64,000 nt of DNA from Nemertoderma westbladi (taxonomy: Eukaryota; Animalia; Xenacoelomorpha), in the NCBI GenBank assembly GCA_032718475.1, contig JAUCBJ010003164.1, positions 9,784-73,783 of the forward strand, in the 5' to 3' direction. Position 1 is the first letter of the stretch, and every line of letters starts with the position of its first letter. This document shows positions 53,617 through 64,000 of the stretch, piece by piece. The translations under genes and the position numbers were made by a program. The notes beneath the pieces are model-generated. The model saw nothing but the letters and a program-made list of their open reading frames with translations. It was not told the DNA's origin and ran no database searches.

Positions 53617-56600
53617 AGAATTCCGGACAGTATTTTGGACAGTTTTGCCCGGAAATCCGGGCATTTTGCCGGATTTTTGGATGTCCGGGCATTCTAGTGC
53701 CCGGGCATCCGCACATCCGGGCGAATTTGGAACGGTCAAATTGTCGGACAGTAAAGTTTAATGGACGCCCGGATTTACAGATTTCCGGGCAGTATTTTGG
53801 ACAAATTTGCCTGGAAATCCGGACAATTTGCCGGATTTTTGGATGTCCGGGCGACTTTGGAACAGTCAAATATGCCGATAGAAAAGTTAACTGGACGCCC
53901 AGATTTGCCAAATTTCGGACAGTAATTTGGACAGTTTGCCCGGAAATACAGACATTTTGGCCGGATTTACGGACGTCCGGGTATCCTAGTGCCCGGAAGT
54001 CCGGACATCCGGAAGTCCGGGCGACTTTGGAATGGACAAATAGTCGGACAGACAAGTTTAATGGACGCCCGGATTTACAAAATTCCGGACAGTATTTTGG
54101 ACAAATTTGCCCGGAAATCCGGACAATTTGCCGGATTTTTGGATGTCCGGGCATTCCAGTGCCCGGGCGTCCGGACTTCCGGGCGACTTTGGAACGGACA
54201 AATAGTCGGACAGACAAGTTTAATGGATGCCCAGATTTACAGATTTCCGGGCAGTATTTTGGACGAATTTGCCCGGAAATCCGGACATTTTGCCGGATTT
54301 TTGGATTTCCGGGCATTCCAGTGCCCGGGCGTCCAGACTTCCGGGCGACTTTGGAACGGACAAATAGTCGGACAGACAAGTTAAATGGACGCCCGGATTT
54401 ACAGATTTCCGGGCAGTATTTTGGACGAATTTGCCCGGAAATCCGGACATTTTGCCGGATTTTTGGATGTCCGGGCATTCCAGTGCCCGGGCGTCCGGAC
54501 ATCCGGGCGACTTTAGAACGGACAAATAGTCGAACAGACAAGTTTAATAGACGCCCGGATTTACGGAATTCCGGGCAGTATTTTGGAGAAATTTGCCCGG
54601 AAATCCGGACATTTTGCCGGATTTTTGGATGTCCGGGCATTCCAGTGCCCGGGCGTCCGGACTTCCGGGCGACTTTGGAACGGACAAATAGTCGGACAGA
54701 CAAGTTAAATGGACGCCCGGACTTACAGATTTCCGGGCAGTATTTTGGACAAATTTGCCCGGAAATCCGGACATTTTGCCGGATTTTTGGATTTCCGGGC
54801 ATTCCAGTGCCCGGGCGTCCGGACTTCCGGGCGACTTTGGAACGGACAAATAGTCGGACAGACAAGTTTAATGGATGCCCAGATTTACAGATTTCCGGGC
54901 AGTATTTTGGACGAATTTGCCCGGAAATCCGGAAATTTTGCCGGATTTTTGGATTTCCGGGCATTCCAGTGCCCAGGCGCCCGGACTTCCGGGCGTCTTT
55001 GGAACGGACAAATAGTCGGACAGACAAGTTAAATGGACGCCCGGATTTACAGATTTCCGGGCAGTATTTTGGACGAATTTGCCCGGAAATCCGGACAATT
55101 TGCCGGATTTTTGGATGTCCGGGCATTCCAGTGCCCGGGCGTCCGGACATCCGGGCGACTTTAGAACGGACAAATAGTCGAACAGACAAGTTTAATAGAC
55201 GCCCGGATTTACGGAATTCCGGGCAGTATTTTGGAGAAATTTGCCGGGAAATCCGGACATTTTGTCGGATTTTTGGATTTCCGGGCATTCCAGTGCCCGG
55301 GCGTCCGGACTTCCGGGCGACTTTGGAACGGACAAATAGTCGGACAGACAAGTTTAATGGATGCCCAGATTTACAGATTTCCGGGCAGTATTTTGGACGA
55401 ATTTGCCCGGAAATCCGGAAATTTTGCCGGATTTTTGGATTTCCGGGCATTCCAGTGCCCGGGCGCCCGGACTTCCGGGCGACTTTGGAACGGACAAATA
55501 GTCGGACAGACAAGTTAAATGGACGCCCAGATTTACAGATTTCCGGGCAGTATTTTGGACGAATTTGCCCGGAAATCCGGACATTTTGCCGGATTTTTGG
55601 ATTTCCGGGCATTCCAGTGCCCAGGCGCCTGGACTTCCGGGCGACTTTGGAACGGACAAATAGTCGGACAGACAAGTTAAATGGACGCCCGGATTTACAG
55701 ATTTCCGGGCAGTATTTTGGACGAATTTGCCCGGAAATCCGGACAATTTGCCGGATTTTTGGATGTCCGGGCATTCCAGTGCCCGGGCGTCCGGACATCC
55801 GGGTGACTTTGGAACGGACAAATAGTCGAACAGATAAGTTTAATGGAAGCCCGGATTTTACAGATTTCCGGGCAGTATTTTGGACAAATTTGCCCGGAAA
55901 TCCGGACATTTTGCCGGATTTTTGGATTTCCGGGCATTCCAGTGCCCGGGCGTCCGGACTTCCGGGAGACTTTGGAACGGACAAATAGTCGGACAGACAA
56001 GTTTAATGGATGCCCAGATTTACAGATTTCCGGGCAGTATTTTGGACGAATTTGCCCGGAAATCCGGACATTTTGCCGGATTTTTGGATTTCCGGGCATT
56101 CCAGTGCCCGGGCGTCCGGACTTCCGGGCGACTTTGGAACGGACAAATAGTCGGACAGACAAGTTTAATGGACGCCCGGATTTACAGATTTCCGGGCAGT
56201 ATTTTGGACAAATTTGCCTGGAAATCCGGACAATTTGCCGGATTTTTGGATTTTCGGGCATTCCAGTGCCCGGGCGCCCGGACTTCCGGGCGACTTTGGA
56301 ACGGACAAATAGTCGGACAGACAAGTTTAATGGATGCCCAGATTTACAGATTTCCGGGCAGTATTTTGGACGAATTTGCCCGGAAATCCGGAAATTTTGC
56401 CGGATTTTTGGATTTCCGGGCATTCCAGTGCCCAGGCGCCCGGACTTCCGGGCGACTTTGGAACGGACAAATAGTCGGACAGACAAGTTAAATGGACGCC
56501 CGGATTTACAGATTTCCGGGCAGTATTTTGGACGAATTTGCCCGGAAATCCGGACAATTTGCCGGATTTTTGGATGTCCGGGCATTCCAGTGCCCGGGCG

Positions 56601-59600
56601 TCCGGACATCCGGGCGACTTTAGAACGGACAAATAGTCGAACAGACAAGTTTAATAGACGCCCGGATTTACGGAATTCCGGGCAGTATTTTGGAGAAATT
56701 TGCCGGGAAATCCGGACATTTTGTCGGATTTTTGGATTTCCGGGCATTCCAGTGCCCGGGCGTCCGGACTTCCGGGCGACTTTGGAACGGACAAATAGTC
56801 GGACAGACAAGTTTAATGGACGCCCGGATTTACAGATTTCCGGGCAGTATTTTGGACGAATTTGCCCGGAAATCCGGAAATTTTGCCGGATTTTTGGATT
56901 TCCGGGCATTCCAGTGCCCAGGCGCCCGGACTTCCGGGCGACTTTGGAACGGACAAATAGTCGGACAGACAAGTTAAATGGACGCCCGGATTTACAGATT
57001 TCCGGGCAGTATTTTGGACGAATTTGCCCGGAAATCCGGACAATTTGCCGGATTTTTGGATGTCCGGGCATTCCAGTGCCCGGGCGTCCGGACATCCGGG
57101 CGACTTTAGAACGGACAAATAGTCGAACAGACAAGTTTAATAGACGCCCGGATTTACGGAATTCCGGGCAGTATTTTGGAGAAATTTGCCGGGAAATCCG
57201 GACATTTTGTCGGATTTTTGGATTTCCGGGCATTCCAGTGCCCGGGCGTCCGGACTTCCGGGCGACTTTGGAACGGACAAATAGTCGGACAGACAAGTTT
57301 AATGGACGCCCGGATTTACAGATTTCCGGGCAGTATTTTGGACGAATTTGCCCGGAAATCCGGAAATTTTGCCGGATTTTTGGATTTCCGGGCATTCCAG
57401 TGCCCGGGCGTCCAGACTTCCGGGCGACTTTGGAACGGACAAATAGTCGGACAGACAAGTTAAATGGACGCCCGGATTTACAGATTTCCGGGCAGTATTT
57501 TGGACGAATTTGCCCGGAAATCCGGACATTTTGCCGGATTTTTGGATGTCCGGGCATTCCAGTGCCCGGGCGTCCGGACATCCGGGCGACTTTAGAACGG
57601 ACAAATAGTCGAACAGACAAGTTTAATAGACGCCCGGATTTACGGAATTCCGGGCAGTATTTTGGAGAAATTTGCCCGGAAATCCGGACATTTTGCCGGA
57701 TTTTTGGATGTCCGGGCATTCCAGTGCCCGGGCGTCCGGACTTCCGGGCGACTTTGGAACGGACAAATAGTCGGACAGACAAGTTAAATGGACGCCCGGA
57801 CTTACAGATTTCCGGGCAGTATTTTGGACAAATTTGCCCGGAAATCCGGACATTTTGCCGGATTTTTGGATTTCCGGGCATTCCAGTGCCCGGGCGTCCG
57901 GACTTCCGGGCGACTTTGGAACGGACAAATAGTCGGACAGACAAGTTTAATGGATGCCCAGATTTACAGATTTCCGGGCAGTATTTTGGACGAATTTGCC
58001 CGGAAATCCGGAAATTTTGCCGGATTTTTGGATTTCCGGGCATTCCAGTGCCCAGGCGCCCGGACTTCCGGGCGTCTTTGGAACGGACAAATAGTCGGAC
58101 AGACAAGTTAAATGGACGCCCGGATTTACAGATTTCCGGGCAGTATTTTGGACGAATTTGCCCGGAAATCCGGACAATTTGCCGGATTTTTGGATGTCCG
58201 GGCATTCCAGTGCCCGGGCGTCCGGACATCCGGGCGACTTTAGAACGGACAAATAGTCGAACAGACAAGTTTAATAGACGCCCGGATTTACGGAATTCCG
58301 GGCAGTATTTTGGAGAAATTTGCCGGGAAATCCGGACATTTTGTCGGATTTTTGGATTTCCGGGCATTCCAGTGCCCGGGCGTCCGGACTTCCGGGCGAC
58401 TTTGGAACGGACAAATAGTCGGACAGACAAGTTTAATGGATGCCCAGATTTACAGATTTCCGGGCAGTATTTTGGACGAATTTGCCCGGAAATCCGGAAA
58501 TTTTGCCGGATTTTTGGATTTCCGGGCATTCCAGTGCCCGGGCGCCCGGACTTCCGGGCGACTTTGGAACGGACAAATAGTCGGACAGACAAGTTAAATG
58601 GACGCCCAGATTTACAGATTTCCGGGCAGTATTTTGGACGAATTTGCCCGGAAATCCGGACATTTTGCCGGATTTTTGGATTTCCGGGCATTCCAGTGCC
58701 CAGGCGCCTGGACTTCCGGGCGACTTTGGAACGGACAAATAGTCGGACAGACAAGTTAAATGGACGCCCGGATTTACAGATTTCCGGGCAGTATTTTGGA
58801 CGAATTTGCCCGGAAATCCGGACAATTTGCCGGATTTTTGGATGTCCGGGCATTCCAGTGCCCGGGCGTCCGGACATCCGGGTGACTTTGGAACGGACAA
58901 ATAGTCGAACAGATAAGTTTAATGGAAGCCCGGATTTTACAGATTTCCGGGCAGTATTTTGGACAAATTTGCCCGGAAATCCGGACATTTTGCCGGATTT
59001 TTGGATTTCCGGGCATTCCAGTGCCCGGGCGTCCGGACTTCCGGGAGACTTTGGAACGGACAAATAGTCGGACAGACAAGTTTAATGGATGCCCAGATTT
59101 ACAGATTTCCGGGCAGTATTTTGGACGAATTTGCCCGGAAATCCGGACATTTTGCCGGATTTTTGGATTTCCGGGCATTCCAGTGCCCGGGCGTCCGGAC
59201 TTCCGGGCGACTTTGGAACGGACAAATAGTCGGACAGACAAGTTTAATGGACGCCCGGATTTACAGATTTCCGGGCAGTATTTTGGACAAATTTGCCTGG
59301 AAATCCGGACAATTTGCCGGATTTTTGGATTTTCGGGCATTCCAGTGCCCGGGCGCCCGGACTTCCGGGCGACTTTGGAACGGACAAATAGTCGGACAGA
59401 CAAGTTTAATGGATGCCCAGATTTACAGATTTCCGGGCAGTATTTTGGACGAATTTGCCCGGAAATCCGGAAATTTTGCCGGATTTTTGGATTTCCGGGC
59501 ATTCCAGTGCCCAGGCGCCCGGACTTCCGGGCGACTTTGGAACGGACAAATAGTCGGACAGACAAGTTAAATGGACGCCCGGATTTACAGATTTCCGGGC

Positions 59601-62600
59601 AGTATTTTGGACGAATTTGCCCGGAAATCCGGACAATTTGCCGGATTTTTGGATGTCCGGGCATTCCAGTGCCCGGGCGTCCGGACATCCGGGCGACTTT
59701 AGAACGGACAAATAGTCGAACAGACAAGTTTAATAGACGCCCGGATTTACGGAATTCCGGGCAGTATTTTGGAGAAATTTGCCGGGAAATCCGGACATTT
59801 TGTCGGATTTTTGGATTTCCGGGCATTCCAGTGCCCGGGCGTCCGGACTTCCGGGCGACTTTGGAACGGACAAATAGTCGGACAGACAAGTTTAATGGAC
59901 GCCCGGATTTACAGATTTCCGGGCAGTATTTTGGACGAATTTGCCCGGAAATCCGGAAATTTTGCCGGATTTTTGGATTTCCGGGCATTCCAGTGCCCAG
60001 GCGCCCGGACTTCCGGGCGACTTTGGAACGGACAAATAGTCGGACAGACAAGTTAAATGGACGCCCGGATTTACAGATTTCCGGGCAGTATTTTGGACGA
60101 ATTTGCCCGGAAATCCGGACAATTTGCCGGATTTTTGGATGTCCGGGCATTCCAGTGCCCGGGCGTCCGGACATCCGGGCGACTTTAGAACGGACAAATA
60201 GTCGAACAGACAAGTTTAATAGACGCCCGGATTTACGGAATTCCGGGCAGTATTTTGGAGAAATTTGCCGGGAAATCCGGACATTTTGTCGGATTTTTGG
60301 ATTTCCGGGCATTCCAGTGCCCGGGCGTCCGGACTTCCGGGCGACTTTGGAACGGACAAATAGTCGGACAGACAAGTTTAATGGACGCCCGGATTTACAG
60401 ATTTCCGGGCAGTATTTTGGACGAATTTGCCCGGAAATCCGGAAATTTTGCCGGATTTTTGGATTTCCGGGCATTCCAGTGCCCGGGCGTCCAGACTTCC
60501 GGGCGACTTTGGAACGGACAAATAGTCGGACAGACAAGTTAAATGGACGCCCGGATTTACAGATTTCCGGGCAGTATTTTGGACGAATTTGCCCGGAAAT
60601 CCGGACATTTTGCCGGATTTTTGGATGTCCGGGCATTCCAGTGCCCGGGCGTCCGGACATCCGGGCGACTTTAGAACGGACAAATAGTCGAACAGACAAG
60701 TTTAATAGACGCCCGGATTTACGGAATTCCGGGCAGTATTTTGGAGAAATTTGCCCGGAAATCCGGACATTTTGCCGGATTTTTGGATGTCCGGGCATTC
60801 CAGTGCCCGGGCGTCCGGACTTCCGGGCGACTTTGGAACGGACAAATAGTCGGACAGACAAGTTAAATGGACGCCCGGACTTACAGATTTCCGGGCAGTA
60901 TTTTGGACAAATTTGCCCGGAAATCCGGACATTTTGCCGGATTTTTGGATTTCCGGGCATTCCAGTGCCCGGGCGTCCGGACTTCCGGGCGACTTTGGAA
61001 CGGACAAATAGTCGGACAGACAAGTTTAATGGATGCCCAGATTTACAGATTTCCGGGCAGTATTTTGGACGAATTTGCCCGGAAATCCGGAAATTTTGCC
61101 GGATTTTTGGATTTCCGGGCATTCCAGTGCCCAGGCGCCCGGACTTCCGGGCGTCTTTGGAACGGACAAATAGTCGGACAGACAAGTTAAATGGACGCCC
61201 GGATTTACAGATTTCCGGGCAGTATTTTGGACGAATTTGCCCGGAAATCCGGACAATTTGCCGGATTTTTGGATGTCCGGGCATTCCAGTGCCCGGGCGT
61301 CCGGACATCCGGGCGACTTTAGAACGGACAAATAGTCGAACAGACAAGTTTAATAGACGCCCGGATTTACGGAATTCCGGGCAGTATTTTGGAGAAATTT
61401 GCCGGGAAATCCGGACATTTTGTCGGATTTTTGGATTTCCGGGCATTCCAGTGCCCGGGCGTCCGGACTTCCGGGCGACTTTGGAACGGACAAATAGTCG
61501 GACAGACAAGTTTAATGGATGCCCAGATTTACAGATTTCCGGGCAGTATTTTGGACGAATTTGCCCGGAAATCCGGAAATTTTGCCGGATTTTTGGATTT
61601 CCGGGCATTCCAGTGCCCGGGCGCCCGGACTTCCGGGCGACTTTGGAACGGACAAATAGTCGGACAGACAAGTTAAATGGACGCCCAGATTTACAGATTT
61701 CCGGGCAGTATTTTGGACGAATTTGCCCGGAAATCCGGACATTTTGCCGGATTTTTGGATTTCCGGGCATTCCAGTGCCCAGGCGCCTGGACTTCCGGGC
61801 GACTTTGGAACGGACAAATAGTCGGACAGACAAGTTAAATGGACGCCCGGATTTACAGATTTCCGGGCAGTATTTTGGACGAATTTGCCCGGAAATCCGG
61901 ACAATTTGCCGGATTTTTGGATGTCCGGGCATTCCAGTGCCCGGGCGTCCGGACATCCGGGTGACTTTGGAACGGACAAATAGTCGAACAGATAAGTTTA
62001 ATGGAAGCCCGGATTTTACAGATTTCCGGGCAGTATTTTGGACAAATTTGCCTGGAAATCCGGACAATTTGCCGGATTTTTGGATTTTCGGGCATTCCAG
62101 TGCCCGGGCGCCCGGACTTCCGGGCGACTTTGGAACGGACAAATAGTCGGACAGACAAGTTTAATGGATGCCCAGATTTACAGATTTCCGGGCAGTATTT
62201 TGGACGAATTTGCCCGGAAATCCGGAAATTTTGCCGGATTTTTGGATTTCCGGGCATTCCAGTGCCCAGGCGCCCGGACTTCCGGGCGACTTTGGAACGG
62301 ACAAATAGTCGGACAGACAAGTTAAATGGACGCCCGGATTTACAGATTTCCGGGCAGTATTTTGGACGAATTTGCCCGGAAATCCGGACAATTTGCCGGA
62401 TTTTTGGATGTCCGGGCATTCCAGTGCCCGGGCGTCCGGACATCCGGGCGACTTTAGAACGGACAAATAGTCGAACAGACAAGTTTAATAGACGCCCGGA
62501 TTTACGGAATTCCGGGCAGTATTTTGGAGAAATTTGCCGGGAAATCCGGACATTTTGTCGGATTTTTGGATTTCCGGGCATTCCAGTGCCCGGGCGTCCG

Positions 62601-64000
62601 GACTTCCGGGCGACTTTGGAACGGACAAATAGTCGGACAGACAAGTTTAATGGACGCCCGGATTTACAGATTTCCGGGCAGTATTTTGGACGAATTTGCC
62701 CGGAAATCCGGAAATTTTGCCGGATTTTTGGATTTCCGGGCATTCCAGTGCCCAGGCGCCCGGACTTCCGGGCGACTTTGGAACGGACAAATAGTCGGAC
62801 AGACAAGTTAAATGGACGCCCGGATTTACAGATTTCCGGGCAGTATTTTGGACGAATTTGCCCGGAAATCCGGACAATTTGCCGGATTTTTGGATGTCCG
62901 GGCATTCCAGTGCCCGGGCGTCCGGACATCCGGGCGACTTTAGAACGGACAAATAGTCGAACAGACAAGTTTAATAGACGCCCGGATTTACGGAATTCCG
63001 GGCAGTATTTTGGAGAAATTTGCCGGGAAATCCGGACATTTTGTCGGATTTTTGGATTTCCGGGCATTCCAGTGCCCGGGCGTCCGGACTTCCGGGCGAC
63101 TTTGGAACGGACAAATAGTCGGACAGACAAGTTTAATGGACGCCCGGATTTACAGATTTCCGGGCAGTATTTTGGACGAATTTGCCCGGAAATCCGGAAA
63201 TTTTGCCGGATTTTTGGATTTCCGGGCATTCCAGTGCCCGGGCGTCCGGACTTCCGGGCGACTTTGGAACGGACAAATAGTCGGACAGACAAGTTAAATG
63301 GACGCCCGGATTTACAGATTTCCGGGCAGTATTTTGGACGAATTTGCCCGGAAATCCGGACATTTTGCCGGATTTTTGGATGTCCGGGCATTCCAGTGCC
63401 CGGGCGTCCGGACATCCGGGCGACTTTAGAACGGACAAATAGTCGAACAGACAAGTTTAATAGACGCCCGGATTTACGGAATTCCGGGCAGTATTTTGGA
63501 GAAATTTGCCCGGAAATCCGGACATTTTGCCGGATTTTTGGATGTCCGGGCATTCCAGTGCCCGGGCGTCCGGACTTCCGGGCGACTTTGGAACGGACAA
63601 ATAGTCGGACAGACAAGTTAAATGGACGCCCGGACTTACAGATTTCCGGGCAGTATTTTGGACAAATTTGCCCGGAAATCCGGACATTTTGCCGGATTTT
63701 TGGATTTCCGGGCATTCCAGTGCCCGGGCGTCCGGACTTCCGGGCGACTTTGGAACGGACAAATAGTCGGACAGACAAGTTTAATGGATGCCCAGATTTA
63801 CAGATTTCCGGGCAGTATTTTGGACGAATTTGCCCGGAAATCCGGAAATTTTGCCGGATTTTTGGATTTCCGGGCATTCCAGTGCCCAGGCGCCCGGACT
63901 TCCGGGCGTCTTTGGAACGGACAAATAGTCGGACAGACAAGTTAAATGGACGCCCGGATTTACAGATTTCCGGGCAGTATTTTGGACGAATTTGCCCGGA
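53617..64000. repeat. 162-bp satellite array 4 (>64 monomers; 3079-bp higher-order repeat)
   Basis: Same monomer; +1 T marker ccggattttacag at 55851, 58930 and 62009. Confidence 0.98.

Larger units (their letters stand above)
45890..64000. repeat. Macro-repeat unit 4 (>18 kb, runs off the window)
   Basis: Same module order; its satellite continues to the window end. Confidence 0.93.

Noticed and set aside
53615-63940. 700-1100 aa ORFs of 54-aa repeats on both strands of the 162-bp satellite
   Set aside because: 162 is a multiple of 3 and the consensus lacks stops in these frames. Frameshifting 1-bp indels and TGA variants are propagated within HORs, which argues against coding constraint.

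Overview
Animal (metazoan) genomic DNA, not prokaryotic. The whole window is a tandem array of about 4 copies of a 14-18 kb macro-repeat, with equivalent positions at 1, 14177, 32031 and 45890. On the minus strand each unit carries the last four coding exons of a vesicular glutamate transporter gene (VGLUT, SLC17A6/7/8 family, EAT-4-like), with intact GT-AG splice sites and a stop codon. No 5' exons of the gene are visible in the window. Each unit also has a short minisatellite of CAG|GTGAGT motifs, a 2.8-3.7 kb variant (GTACTT)n hexamer array and a 4.5 to >10 kb GC/CCGG-rich 162-bp satellite with array-specific higher-order repeats. The three complete satellite arrays end at a poly-G tract followed by a spacer. 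One spacer holds a 5'-truncated Penelope-like retroelement with a GIY-YIG endonuclease ORF, a 12-bp target-site duplication and a hammerhead-ribozyme-like motif; the two equivalent sites in other units are empty. The units are recombinant mosaics of each other. Almost all long ORFs in the supplied track are artefacts of repeats whose period is a multiple of 3. All comparisons were made by eye; no database search or folding program was run.
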